Shown here: piece after piece, positions 29,070 to 39,847 of the stretch
Layout: the number at the start of each line of letters is the position of its first letter
How positions within the stretch are numbered: the first letter of the stretch is position 1
Source: a virus
DNA length: 64,000 nucleotides
IMG/VR virus record: IMGVR_UViG_3300031952_000004
Span: 32,001-96,000 of that record
Reading direction: 5' to 3' (one strand)
Translations under genes and position numbers: made by a program
The notes under the pieces: generated by a model
Seen by the model: only the letters and a program-made list of their open reading frames with translations
Database searches by the model: none
What the model was told of the DNA's origin: nothing

Positions 29070-29264
29070 ATGGAAAAAATATATTGTTCGATACATAATC
29101 TTAATATTAATATTTATTCAAAAGAAGAAGAGGATTTATTTGTAGATGATAATGAACAGGAATCAGTTATTTTTGATAATGGAATTAATAAATATTTAAA
29201 AAGATTTACCATAAATCTTTGTGATGAAAATTGTTTAACCATAAGACAGATTTTAGAAGAATAA
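29070..29264 (+). CDS. small hypothetical protein
   Basis: likely start MEKIYC just after the upstream stop. Confidence 0.45.
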   Translation: MEKIYCSIHNLNINIYSKEEEDLFVDDNEQESVIFDNGINKYLKRFTINLCDENCLTIRQILEE

Positions 29265-29265
29265 A

Positions 29266-30219
29266 ATGATAACTCTATATAAAAATATAGCATATAAACT
29301 TGAATTAGTGGTGCTAGATAACGATGGTAAATTTACTCCTGGACTTACTGTAACATATGAGATTAGAAAATGTTCAGATGATTCTTTATTTGCTTCAGGA
29401 ACAATGTCTGAGACATCTTCAGTTTATTATGTAGATGTTACTTTTACAGTAAATGCAGAATATAAAGTTAAATATGTTACTCCTGTTGGTTATGAAAATG
29501 GATTTGAGGAAATTTTAGTAGAAAATAATTTAGCCAATCAAGTTTGGGATGCATTAACCGCAGAACATACTTTATCTAATACTTTTGGGTACATGTTCAT
29601 TCACATAAATTCTACAGTTGCAGCAATAAATAGTTTATTAGAAAGTGTTTCTAGTACATTAAATACTGTAGAATATTATTGTGAAAATATGGCAGACATT
29701 ATTTGGAGTAATTCAACAAGAACATTAACTTCATTTGGAACATTAGTTGCAAGTATTTGGTCATATGGAACTCGTACTTTGACATCTTATGGAACTTTAG
29801 TTAGCGACATTTCTACAGCAGTTTGGGGAGCAACAACAAGAACACTTACATCTTTTGGTACGTTAATTGCAGACATTTGGAATTATGTTACTCGTACAAT
29901 AACTTCTGGAGGAATAACTGCTGCGGAAGTTTGGACATATATTACTAGAACTTTAACCGCAGGAACCAAAGATTCAGAAATAGATGCAATAAAAACTCAA
30001 ACTGATAAAATTCCTAGAATTTTAGGATTATCTATGGAGAATCACAGAATTTTTTCTCCAGTTTATGATAGTAATAATTGTTTAACTTCTGCGACAATAA
30101 AAATTTATCCTACTAAGGCAGATGTTTTAGCTGACACAAATTCAATAGCAATCTATGCGATGGTAGCAACGTTTGACGTAGATGGAAAATGTTTAACCTA
30201 CAGAATGACGAAGGAATAA
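29266..30219 (+). CDS. tail fibre-like protein with (I/V)WxxxTRTLT repeats
   Basis: five (I/V)W...TRT(L/I)T repeats. Confidence 0.65.
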   Translation: MITLYKNIAYKLELVVLDNDGKFTPGLTVTYEIRKCSDDSLFASGTMSETSSVYYVDVTFTVNAEYKVKYVTPVGYENGFEEILVENNLANQVWDALTAEHTLSNTFGYMFIHINSTVAAINSLLESVSSTLNTVEYYCENMADIIWSNSTRTLTSFGTLVASIWSYGTRTLTSYGTLVSDISTAVWGATTRTLTSFGTLIADIWNYVTRTITSGGITAAEVWTYITRTLTAGTKDSEIDAIKTQTDKIPRILGLSMENHRIFSPVYDSNNCLTSATIKIYPTKADVLADTNSIAIYAMVATFDVDGKCLTYRMTKE

Positions 30220-30222
30220 AAA

Positions 30223-30498
30223 ATGGATGAATTTAAATCGATTATAGATTATATTGTTCAACAAGAATCAAGAAAAACAGTTGGCATCCTCTTAAAAAGA
30301 ATAGAATTATCAGTAGAATTAGCTAAAAAAGAAAATAGAGATTATCTAACTTTTCAAGAAGTTGAAGGATTAAAATCTCAAATAAAAGAGGCGACCTATG
30401 AGGCATATAGGAATATAAGAGATTTTTTAAATACTGGTAAAATTATACTTGTAAATGCAAATGAACAAAAACGTAAGGAAAACCTAAAAAAGGAGTAA
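30223..30498 (+). CDS. hypothetical protein
   Basis: 91-aa ORF in the operon. Confidence 0.6.
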   Translation: MDEFKSIIDYIVQQESRKTVGILLKRIELSVELAKKENRDYLTFQEVEGLKSQIKEATYEAYRNIRDFLNTGKIILVNANEQKRKENLKKE

Positions 30499-30501
30499 GG
30501 A

Positions 30502-31134
30502 ATGGAAGATAATCATATGGAAGAAGCAAAAAAAATAGTCGAAGAAATGGATAAAGATATAAATTTAAAAAGAGCAGAAGAACTTATTAGAGATAATAAG
30601 ATTCAATTTGAATATAAAGATAAACAATATAGAGTTCGTATGCTTAATTTAAAAGAAAAGGAAGAATTAGATATGCTTCGTAGAAAAAAATTTGGACAAC
30701 TTATTCAGGATAAAGATATTCTTCTCGAAAAAGACCTTATTAAAGTACTTAAAACAAGAGATATAGATGTAGATAAAATTAATGACGATATAAAAAAATT
30801 AGAAGTTGGAGAATTAGATTTACAAATAAAATTAGGAGAAGCTATTTCTAAAAACGAAAATGAAACTATTTTAAAAAGATATAAAGAGCAAATCGAAGAA
30901 ATAAGATTAAAAATAGCAATATTAAATACTCAAAAAACTTTAATATTAGAATTTAGTTTAGAAAATCAACTTTTAAATTATATTTCGCAAATAATTACTT
31001 ATTTGAGTGCAGATATTTTAGAAGATGGAATTTGGAGAAGGATGTTTAATTCTTTGGTAGAATTTCAAAGTTATTCAGACGAATCTTTAATTAATAGAGC
31101 AGGGCAAATGAGTATGATTTTGCAGTATATTTAA
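30502..31134 (+). CDS. tail assembly chaperone (putative)
   Basis: helical protein shortly upstream of the tape measure gene. Confidence 0.5.
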   Translation: MEDNHMEEAKKIVEEMDKDINLKRAEELIRDNKIQFEYKDKQYRVRMLNLKEKEELDMLRRKKFGQLIQDKDILLEKDLIKVLKTRDIDVDKINDDIKKLEVGELDLQIKLGEAISKNENETILKRYKEQIEEIRLKIAILNTQKTLILEFSLENQLLNYISQIITYLSADILEDGIWRRMFNSLVEFQSYSDESLINRAGQMSMILQYI

Positions 31135-31138
31135 AAAT

Positions 31139-31477
31139 ATGAATATATGGTATAATATCAGGTTATTAGCTAAGAGTATAAAGGCTCAAAATTTATTTGC
31201 AGCAGCAAAAGAAATTTCAAGTATTAAATTATTTAAAAATAATTTTAATTTTTCTAAAATACAAGAATTATATCTTAACTATTTATATATGTACGATGCT
31301 ATTTTAAAAGATATAATTACCGAAAATATTAGTAAACATGTAATAGACAATGAAATTTATGAAGATGCTTATATGTTATGGCGAAAAGAAAATAGATACA
31401 AAAAACAAAAATCACAAGATAAAAATAAAGGCATTCATTTGGTTGCTGGAAACAAAATAAAATTTAAAGAGGGATAA
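31139..31477 (+). CDS. pre-tape-measure chaperone (putative)
   Basis: immediately upstream of the tape measure gene. Confidence 0.5.
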   Translation: MNIWYNIRLLAKSIKAQNLFAAAKEISSIKLFKNNFNFSKIQELYLNYLYMYDAILKDIITENISKHVIDNEIYEDAYMLWRKENRYKKQKSQDKNKGIHLVAGNKIKFKEG

Positions 31478-31481
31478 TACT

Positions 31482-34247
31482 ATGCCAAGTGGAGATTTTC
31501 TCGCACGTATAAAATTAGCATTGGAAGGAAAAGAAAAAGTCGTAAGTGGGTTATCAGAAACACAACGTGCTGCTCAACAACTTGCCAAGACTAAAGTAAC
31601 TACTACCTTCGATAAAGAAGGTCTAGCTACAGGTAAACAAATAGAAGAAACTTTTAAAAATATAACTCCAGCAGCATCGAAAGCCTCTGGTATGATGAAC
31701 GATTTTACCAAAGCATTATCTAGAGTTATAATAGTAGCTCCTATTTGGATGGCTTTTAGAGCTGTTATACAGAGTACGTTTGCTTTACTTAGTGAAGGAT
31801 TTAAAACATGGGAGGATTTTGATAGACAATTAATAAAATCTAAAGCTGTTATTCACGATTATTCTGGAACTACTGACCAAGCTATGGTTGTCTTAGAAGA
31901 TAGAATTAGAACTTTTTCTAAAGAATCAGGAATAGCTTTAGACCAACTAACTTCTTCTTTTTATAGATTCGGAACTGTAGGAATAGCTTTCGAAGATGCT
32001 TTATCAGGAGCAATTGCTTCGGCAAAATTAGCCAAAGCAACTTTAGGAGACGTAGATACAATTTCTCGTTCTTTAGCTATGACTTATAGATTGTTAGGAG
32101 ATACAATAGATAGTAGTCTATCTCCCATGCAAAAACAAGAAAGTTTAGCAGGTAAAATTTTTCATTTATGGAAATCTAACGCTTTCGAAGCAAACGAATT
32201 TGCTGCTTCTTTAAATAATTTTATTTCTACAGCTAACATCGCAAATTTTACAGCAGACCAAACAGTTGCAACTTTAGCTGCGTTAGGTACAGCAGGTGTT
32301 CAGAATTCGAGAGGTGGTGCTTTATTAAAAACATCTATATTTAAATTAATAGAAAATATGGATAAATTAGCAGGAAGTTTAGGATTAGCAGTCAATCCTG
32401 AATTAGAAACAACATTTGGTCTTTTTACGAGAGTATTAGATAAAATAAATTTATTAAGTCAAACTAAAGGAATTCCTGCAGAAGCAATGAAAGATATACA
32501 AGAAATATTTGGTGGGGTAAGAGGAGCACAAGCAATTTCTGCTTTAAATGCTTTACTCCCTGAATTAAAACAAAATTTAATAGATTTAGGAAAAGACCCT
32601 CAACAATTTATAGCAGGATTAAACGAAAGATTTGAAGAAGTAAAAAGTACAGTTAGTGGACAATTAGATATTTTTAGAAATTTAAGAACTCAAATCGGCG
32701 AATCGTTTGTCAAGGCTTTATTAGGAGCAGATGATTTTAAAATAGCTTTAGAAGGTATTAATTACGATATGGAAAAAATGATGGAAACGGCAAAAAATAT
32801 AGGAGAAGTACTTTATTTTTTCCATAATCCAGTAAAAGTAGCCGAACAAGATTTTATAAATATAACAAAAGAAGAAGCAAAATTTAATAAATATATATCC
32901 GATGGAATTAAAGGTGCATTATCTTTAGCAGATACTATAAAATTAATGTCTTTAATTGAAGTTACTGAAGAAACAGAAAAATTAGTGAATAAACTTAGAA
33001 AAGTAGCTGTAGAAATGGTAAAAGATTCGAATACAGCTATAGAACTTGAAAAAGAATTACAAAGAGTTGCAGATATATATAATAAAACATATAAATTAAG
33101 AGACGAATCAGCAGATAGAAAACTATCTCCCGAAGCACAACGTAAAGTAGAATTAGTTAAAACGGAATATGAAATACTAAAAAAACAGAAAGCAGGAGTA
33201 GAGGATACAGTTATAGCTTATGAAAAAATGAATAATTTTATTAATATTTTAGTAGACGAATATAATAAATTAGAATCAGCAAATGGAAAAACAGTAGAAC
33301 AAATTAATAAACAATCAATAAAAACTGCACTTTTAAAAGGAGATTTCGAAAAAATTAATGATATATTTAAAGAAAGAAAATTATCAGAAGAAGAATTAAA
33401 TTCTTTAATAAAAATTTATTCGGATATAAATAAAAGTACTTTATCCGACGTGGAAAAAAGATTAGGAATAAATTCTTCTTTATTAAGAATAGCAAACGAA
33501 GAAGAATCAGCTATTATCAGACAAGAAATGGCATTAAAATCTATGATGTATGGTGAAGATTATATAAAAAATAGTATGGATGATAGACTTAAATTAGCTC
33601 AGGCATTAACTAAAGAAGCAGATGAACAAGAAAAAAAATCTAGTAGAATGGTAGAATTATTTAAAATAGTTCAAAAATATGGTGCAGGAACTGCTCAAGA
33701 AGTTTCAAAATATCTAGCTGGAGTTTTAGAATTTAGTCAATTAAGTGCAAGAGCTGTACAAGCATTAAAAAAAATACTCCCTGGAGAATTTGAACAAGGA
33801 ACAGCAGAAACGTATTTTAAAGGAACTACTTTTGAATTTCCAGAAGATTTAGAAATAAAAAGAAAAGCTGAAAGAAATAGAAAAATAATAGAAGATGTTT
33901 TTAGTATGCCTATCCCCACAAATATAGATGTAGAAACAACTGATTTTGCAGAATTAATAGATTTAACACCTAAATTAAGAGTATTAAAAGAAGTGTTTGC
34001 TCAGGCTTTTTCTGAAGGAATAAACCAAGCCCAATTAAAAATAGGATATATGGCAGACATTCTTAAACCCAGAGAAAATATTATAACACAAATGAATATG
34101 TCAATTAATATAGAACCTATGAGAATGAATGTAGATTTAGATTCTGAACAAGTTATAGAAAAAGTGAAACAAAAAGTTAATGAAGAATTAGATAATAAAA
34201 AATCTGAAACGTATAAGAAAATACAAAATCAAATAGAAAATTTTTAG
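31482..34247 (+). CDS. tail tape measure protein (TP901-family core)
   Basis: 921 aa helical; pattern FDRQL...SAKLAKA...AALGTAG...GGALLK...IFGGVRG. Confidence 0.85.
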   Translation: MPSGDFLARIKLALEGKEKVVSGLSETQRAAQQLAKTKVTTTFDKEGLATGKQIEETFKNITPAASKASGMMNDFTKALSRVIIVAPIWMAFRAVIQSTFALLSEGFKTWEDFDRQLIKSKAVIHDYSGTTDQAMVVLEDRIRTFSKESGIALDQLTSSFYRFGTVGIAFEDALSGAIASAKLAKATLGDVDTISRSLAMTYRLLGDTIDSSLSPMQKQESLAGKIFHLWKSNAFEANEFAASLNNFISTANIANFTADQTVATLAALGTAGVQNSRGGALLKTSIFKLIENMDKLAGSLGLAVNPELETTFGLFTRVLDKINLLSQTKGIPAEAMKDIQEIFGGVRGAQAISALNALLPELKQNLIDLGKDPQQFIAGLNERFEEVKSTVSGQLDIFRNLRTQIGESFVKALLGADDFKIALEGINYDMEKMMETAKNIGEVLYFFHNPVKVAEQDFINITKEEAKFNKYISDGIKGALSLADTIKLMSLIEVTEETEKLVNKLRKVAVEMVKDSNTAIELEKELQRVADIYNKTYKLRDESADRKLSPEAQRKVELVKTEYEILKKQKAGVEDTVIAYEKMNNFINILVDEYNKLESANGKTVEQINKQSIKTALLKGDFEKINDIFKERKLSEEELNSLIKIYSDINKSTLSDVEKRLGINSSLLRIANEEESAIIRQEMALKSMMYGEDYIKNSMDDRLKLAQALTKEADEQEKKSSRMVELFKIVQKYGAGTAQEVSKYLAGVLEFSQLSARAVQALKKILPGEFEQGTAETYFKGTTFEFPEDLEIKRKAERNRKIIEDVFSMPIPTNIDVETTDFAELIDLTPKLRVLKEVFAQAFSEGINQAQLKIGYMADILKPRENIITQMNMSINIEPMRMNVDLDSEQVIEKVKQKVNEELDNKKSETYKKIQNQIENF

Positions 34248-34259
34248 AGGAGATAAAAT

Positions 34260-34658
34260 ATGTCTGTGAATTTTAAACTTTATGCAAGTAACGGTTCAAC
34301 TTTAATTCATACTTTTTCTACAGTTTTTCAAGCTAATTATCCTCATACAGAAAAAAAATTAATTGAACATGAGAATGTAAGAGGAAAAGGAAGTATAATA
34401 GTAGATGGTGGTGATTCTTCATGGACTTTAACGCTAAGAGGAGTATTATTTGCTAACGATTATGATGCTTTAATGGCATTAGTAGATACTATGGAATCTA
34501 GTATAGTTTTAAATACTCCTTATGTTTTAAAAATTTTAAGTGGAGTAACTACTCATAGTTATAATTGTAAAAGAATAGTACCGATAATATACCAGGAAGA
34601 TTCGCTTAGAACTAATTTTATAGAATATACATGCGAACTAAGATGTTTATCATGGTAA
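34260..34658 (+). CDS. distal tail protein (putative)
   Basis: directly after the tape measure gene; WTLTLRG...IEYTCEL. Confidence 0.55.
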   Translation: MSVNFKLYASNGSTLIHTFSTVFQANYPHTEKKLIEHENVRGKGSIIVDGGDSSWTLTLRGVLFANDYDALMALVDTMESSIVLNTPYVLKILSGVTTHSYNCKRIVPIIYQEDSLRTNFIEYTCELRCLSW

Positions 34659-34677
34659 AAGATAAGGAGAAATAAAA

Positions 34678-35304
34678 ATGGCACTAACAATTTATGTAAA
34701 CAAAAGTACAAATGATTTAAGTAGAGCAGCAAGTCCAACTGACTTTATATTAATGAACCTTACTAACGATTCTTTAATTTTTTCAGCAGGTTCTGATACT
34801 GTTAAAGATGGAGAACCTATACCTACACCTACGCAACTTAATTCAGCAGCAATTTTAATAACAGTAACAGATGTAGAAGTTCCTCATTTCTTTTTAGCAG
34901 ATGCTTCGGACGACGAATTAAAAGAAATACATAACGCTGGTAATCAAAATAAGCAATATGTATTTTGTGCAGCTTTTGGCGGAGCAACTGCCTCCGAACC
35001 TATATTAGAACTTTGGGACGACGAAGATTTAGATTCTATAAATAGTTATTGTTTAGGAGCAGGAGTAGCTAATAATAGTTTTTTTAGAGGAATTCAAACC
35101 ACATCAGGACTTCCAGGAGACGGATGGACAGGAAGTAGATTAGCAGGAAGTTCAGATAATCATTTTCTATGGCTAAATGACGAAGACGGAGCATTATCTG
35201 GAGCTTCAGATTTATATTGGACTTTAAGAATAACAGTACCAGCAGATTATGCAAATGCTGCTTCGGAATCACCAACTATGGTTATAAAGTGGACAGAAAA
35301 TTAA
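34678..35304 (+). CDS. tail tip structural protein
   Basis: acidic, beta-rich ORF with strong SD. Confidence 0.55.
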   Translation: MALTIYVNKSTNDLSRAASPTDFILMNLTNDSLIFSAGSDTVKDGEPIPTPTQLNSAAILITVTDVEVPHFFLADASDDELKEIHNAGNQNKQYVFCAAFGGATASEPILELWDDEDLDSINSYCLGAGVANNSFFRGIQTTSGLPGDGWTGSRLAGSSDNHFLWLNDEDGALSGASDLYWTLRITVPADYANAASESPTMVIKWTEN

Positions 35305-35305
35305 T

Positions 35306-35878
35306 ATGAAAGAAAAATATACTTTCGTAGGAGAACAAAAAGTAACTGCGTCTTTTGTGAGTGGAAACTACATATGGATAGCTTTTTATGGAATATCTAA
35401 TAAATGTAGTTTATATAAATCTTCTATTTTTAATCCTAATCTAATTTACTGGGATATAGAAATTACAGGTAATGAAATCAATTATATGATAGAAGATACT
35501 ACTTATCTTTATTTGGCTTTAGATGATTCTACTTATATAGGAGCTAAAGTAGAAAAAAATAATCCTTCTACTATTACTTATTTTACGAAAGATGTAGGTA
35601 TAACAGAAAAAGCAATAGATTTAACTAGAGATACTACTTATATTTATTTTTTAATTCCAGGAATAGCTTTTGGAACCAATACAAAAATAGTAAAATATAA
35701 TGCTAGTACAAGAGCATATGTAGAAACGATAGACTTAGCAACAGTAAGTAATGCAAAAAAGATAGATACAGATGTCAACGGAAATTTATGGTTAGTTTCT
35801 GATTTAGATTTGACTCCTACCATTACAAAAGTCTGGTACGACGGTTCTTGGCAATTTTTAAGTTATTTATTATCATAG
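35306..35878 (+). CDS. beta-propeller-like tail protein
   Basis: blade-like repeats (DTTYLYL, DTTYIYF, DVNGNLW). Confidence 0.5.
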   Translation: MKEKYTFVGEQKVTASFVSGNYIWIAFYGISNKCSLYKSSIFNPNLIYWDIEITGNEINYMIEDTTYLYLALDDSTYIGAKVEKNNPSTITYFTKDVGITEKAIDLTRDTTYIYFLIPGIAFGTNTKIVKYNASTRAYVETIDLATVSNAKKIDTDVNGNLWLVSDLDLTPTITKVWYDGSWQFLSYLLS

Positions 35879-35887
35879 GAGCAAAAA

Positions 35888-36022
35888 ATGATTAAACGAA
35901 ATGATTTTGTAGAAAGGTCTATTTATTTATTAAGAGAAAAATTAGAAGAAAATTTACCACTAGAAGCAACTTTGGATGAGATGGTAGAAATAGCAAGAGA
36001 ATTAATTAAAGAAATTTTTTAA
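35888..36022 (+). CDS. small hypothetical protein (44 aa)
   Basis: AGGAG SD plus ATG; fills the gap; read by eye. Confidence 0.45.
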   Translation: MIKRNDFVERSIYLLREKLEENLPLEATLDEMVEIARELIKEIF

Positions 36023-36037
36023 AAAGGAGGTAATTCA

Positions 36038-36511
36038 ATGTCCGCCACATTAAATTGGAAAGAAAGTAATTTAGTAGGAGAAGTAGAAACAGCAATTACA
36101 AATATTAATTTTGGTAATGTTGACGAACCAAATATTGTTCCAGCAGATGACCCTGTAATAATCGGTCAGAATTCTTTTTCAAAATATATTAGAGTTCTTT
36201 TTACAGGAACTTGGACAGAAATTTCTAATATGAAATTTTGGAAATCAAGTGGAGATTATAAAACAGATGAGATAATAAAAGCAGTAGCTAATATTGCTTA
36301 TTCCACACCTTCAAAAGTATCTACAGGAGATTCGAGTATTCCAATTACAGAAGGAACAGCGTTAGTAATTCAAGCAGCAGATGGAAGTCTTACAATTACG
36401 CCACCTGAAGATTATACTAAATATATTAGATTACAAACTCAATCTACAGTTTCTACTCCAGTAGGAGCAGGAAATCAAAAAGAATTTACTTTTCAATGGG
36501 ATGAAACTTAA
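36038..36511 (+). CDS. tail tip structural protein
   Basis: AGGAGG SD; ends YIRLQ...FTFQWDET. Confidence 0.55.
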   Translation: MSATLNWKESNLVGEVETAITNINFGNVDEPNIVPADDPVIIGQNSFSKYIRVLFTGTWTEISNMKFWKSSGDYKTDEIIKAVANIAYSTPSKVSTGDSSIPITEGTALVIQAADGSLTITPPEDYTKYIRLQTQSTVSTPVGAGNQKEFTFQWDET

Positions 36512-36524
36512 TTAGGAGAAAATA

Positions 36525-36980
36525 ATGGATACAACCATTAATACAGATTTAAGAGTAGGTAATAATACAATAGAGCCTTGCTCTTTCTTTTGGATTTCAT
36601 TATTTCAGGATAATTCTAAGATAGAACAATTTAATCCAGATGGTAGCGAAAATAGATTCCAATTAGTTAAAGATAAAATGAATGAACTTGCTTATTTTAA
36701 TTTAACAGATAGAAAAGGACACTTTTTTACAATTGATTTAATAAATGGAAGAATTGGTTATAATTATTTGCCATTTCCTTATTTAGAAAAAACCGATAAA
36801 CAAAATATAAGACTTATTTTTTTCCGTAGGCACCAAATGAAAATGTCTATGGATGGAAAATTAAAATCACATACAATAATTTATCATCTTGGATTTCAAT
36901 GGCAAGATTTTGAAAAAAGAAATCATAAGATTATTCTAAAAATAGATAACGAAGGCAGTTGGATTTTGGGAGATAATTAA
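36525..36980 (+). CDS. hypothetical tail-region protein
   Basis: RLIFFRR...YHLGFQ. Confidence 0.6.
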   Translation: MDTTINTDLRVGNNTIEPCSFFWISLFQDNSKIEQFNPDGSENRFQLVKDKMNELAYFNLTDRKGHFFTIDLINGRIGYNYLPFPYLEKTDKQNIRLIFFRRHQMKMSMDGKLKSHTIIYHLGFQWQDFEKRNHKIILKIDNEGSWILGDN

Positions 36981-39847
36981 TGTCAGGATTAGATGGATTT
37001 GTAAAATTATTATTACACTGCGATGGAACAGACGGGTCTACTACTTTTATAGATTCTTCATTTAGTCCAAAAACTATAACAGCAGTCGGAAATGCTCAAT
37101 TAGATACAGCTCAAAAGAAATTTGGTACAGCTTCAGGTTTATTCGACGGAAACGATTCTTTAACAGCAATAGCAAGTACAGATTGGAATTTTGGAACAGA
37201 TAATTTTACTATAGATTTCTGGATAAGATTTAATGCTATAGGAGGTGGAGGAGGAGTTTCTCCTAATAATCAATATTTTATAGATATAGGTTCTAATAAA
37301 TCTTGTATAAAATGGTATAATGGTAATTGGGAAGTTTATACTGATTTAATAGGTGGACAAAAAGTTTTAACTTGGGCTAATACACCTAGTATAAATACAT
37401 GGTATCATGTAGCAGTAGTAAGAAATGGTAATACTTGGTATTTATTTGTAGATGGAATATCACGTAATTCAAATACTAGTAGTAATAGTTTTGGTAGTTC
37501 TTCATTAGTTCTTACAATAGGAAATTATGGCGGAGGAGGAAGTTATGGATTAAATGGTTGGTTAGATGAACTTCGTATTTCAAAAGGCACAGCACGTTGG
37601 ACTACTACCTTTACTCCACCCACTGAAGAATATAATAATAAAGTTAAACAAACAATTACTTCAGATATAGAATTTTCTCATTTAAGAGAAAAGATAGAAT
37701 CTGATATTCATTTTAAAGTAGAAGGACTTCAAGAAATAATAACTTCCGATGTAGAATTCTCTCCTTTAATAGAAAAAATATCATCCGACGTTCATTTCAA
37801 AGCAGAAGGGTTTCAGCAAATAATAGAATCAGATGTAGAATTTTTAAATAGAAAACAAGAAATTATTAATTCAGATATTTATTTTATAGAAGAATACGAT
37901 GGAAAATTTATTCATGATAATCATTTATTTTTAGTTACAGATACCAATCCAACTCAAATTATAAAAATAGATTTAACCAATCCTGCAAGTTATACTAAAT
38001 ATACTATAACAGGAAAAACTAATGGAAAAGATTTAGTAATTAATCATGATAGAGAGTATTTATACGCTTCTTTATCTGGCGGATATATAGTAAAAGCTAG
38101 TACAGATGACCCATCTATCCAAACTATTCATGATATAGGAGAAGGAAATCAACTTTATTCTATCACTCATAATCCTAATTATTTAACTACATTTATTGCT
38201 GATGCGGCAGCAGGAGATAGTTTATTTATTTTAGATGAAGCTACTTACGAAAAAATTAATACAGATTTTAGAACGAAAGCAGAAGAAGAATCTCAGATAA
38301 AAACAAGTTTCGGTACTACATTCGGTTCTAAGATTAATACAGATTTTAGGACAATAGCAACTAATAAATCACAAATAAATACAGATTTAAGATTTATTAA
38401 AATTAGTTATCCAGAAATTAGTTATACCAATCCATTAGCCAGAACAGATTTTCACGTAAAAATAGACGATGTAGAATTAGGCAATGATGATTTAAAATTA
38501 GATTCTATAAAAATAAATCATACAGCAGATAACAAAAGTACAGCAGATTTTGTTTTAAATAGAAAACACGACGATTTAAATAATCCAACTACTATTACTT
38601 CTAATAATAATGTAAAAATTTATTTGGGTACTAAATTAGAATTTGAAGGAATAATAATTAAAATTAATTCTAGAAGCGAAGAAGAATTAGTTGATATATA
38701 TTGCGAAACAATAAATGTAAATACAAATTATAATATTGTAACAAAAGATTTACCTCTTACTGTTTTAAACGAAAAATTACATCTATATGATATCTTAGTA
38801 AACGATATAAGTATAGAAAAACCTTATTTAAGTACATTATTAGTTATTTTAGGAAATAATAATAAATATTGGAACGGAACTATATGGGTAAGTAAAATAA
38901 CAGAAGCATTAACATTCGCTACATTTGCTTTGGCAGAAAGTTATATAACAGCCAATGAAACTAATGATAGTTTTTATTCTAAAGAACCTACTGTAAGTAA
39001 TTATGAAGAAAGTCCTCAATACTACAAGGGAATAAAGGTTAATCTAGGTACAAGAATAGACGAAAGAGATATACAATTTAGTGGAGAACATGACAATTTT
39101 CGTACAGCTCAAGAATTAGAAGAAGGAACATTTAAATTTACTCCAAATTATACTTATTTTTGGACAGTAGATGTTAAATGGTTTAATTTAACAGGCAGTC
39201 AAAGAACTTCAGGTCAGAGATATATAGGAACTAGTTTAGCTCCCATAAATGAAGACTTATTTGAAATTCGAGAAGCATATTATAAAAAACAAAGAATTTT
39301 GGATGATATAATAACAGAATTGGGATATTATACAATAGGAACAGCTCCTTTTAAAGAAATTTCAGTAAAAAATGGAATAAAAAAGGCTAGATTTAGATAT
39401 GAAGATAAGGATGATGGACTTTATCGAACAATAGGAAACATTTATGATTACGAACAATATTGTAAAGATGTTGCTGCTATTGAATACAAAAAAATAAAAA
39501 ATATAAACGGAGAGGTATTACCTAAGAGTTCAGCTAATTTACAATTAACCATAGATGGATATTTATATTATGATTTAAAATTATTAACAAGAACAAATAT
39601 AACTAATACTACAAGTAGTAATATTTATAAAAATAGTAATGGTTTTCCTGTTAGTATAAAACAAATTACAATAGATTCTTCGACTATGTCAGTAAATTTA
39701 GTTTGTGATAATACTAAATCTAATTATGAATTAGAATTATTAGATGGTCAATATCCTATAGAACCTGCTGAAAAACCAGCATTTTCTTATAAATTTTATC
39801 AAAAATGGGATTTATCAAATTGGGAAAACATAGAGGTATTTAATTAA
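36980..39847 (+). CDS. large tail tip/hub protein with N-terminal LamG domain and internal repeats
   Basis: KLLLHCDG.DGSTTF.DSS...FTIDFW...GWLDELRISKG.ARWT..FTPP; IxSD(I/V)xF and KINTDFR repeats. Confidence 0.75.
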   Translation: MSGLDGFVKLLLHCDGTDGSTTFIDSSFSPKTITAVGNAQLDTAQKKFGTASGLFDGNDSLTAIASTDWNFGTDNFTIDFWIRFNAIGGGGGVSPNNQYFIDIGSNKSCIKWYNGNWEVYTDLIGGQKVLTWANTPSINTWYHVAVVRNGNTWYLFVDGISRNSNTSSNSFGSSSLVLTIGNYGGGGSYGLNGWLDELRISKGTARWTTTFTPPTEEYNNKVKQTITSDIEFSHLREKIESDIHFKVEGLQEIITSDVEFSPLIEKISSDVHFKAEGFQQIIESDVEFLNRKQEIINSDIYFIEEYDGKFIHDNHLFLVTDTNPTQIIKIDLTNPASYTKYTITGKTNGKDLVINHDREYLYASLSGGYIVKASTDDPSIQTIHDIGEGNQLYSITHNPNYLTTFIADAAAGDSLFILDEATYEKINTDFRTKAEEESQIKTSFGTTFGSKINTDFRTIATNKSQINTDLRFIKISYPEISYTNPLARTDFHVKIDDVELGNDDLKLDSIKINHTADNKSTADFVLNRKHDDLNNPTTITSNNNVKIYLGTKLEFEGIIIKINSRSEEELVDIYCETINVNTNYNIVTKDLPLTVLNEKLHLYDILVNDISIEKPYLSTLLVILGNNNKYWNGTIWVSKITEALTFATFALAESYITANETNDSFYSKEPTVSNYEESPQYYKGIKVNLGTRIDERDIQFSGEHDNFRTAQELEEGTFKFTPNYTYFWTVDVKWFNLTGSQRTSGQRYIGTSLAPINEDLFEIREAYYKKQRILDDIITELGYYTIGTAPFKEISVKNGIKKARFRYEDKDDGLYRTIGNIYDYEQYCKDVAAIEYKKIKNINGEVLPKSSANLQLTIDGYLYYDLKLLTRTNITNTTSSNIYKNSNGFPVSIKQITIDSSTMSVNLVCDNTKSNYELELLDGQYPIEPAEKPAFSYKFYQKWDLSNWENIEVFN

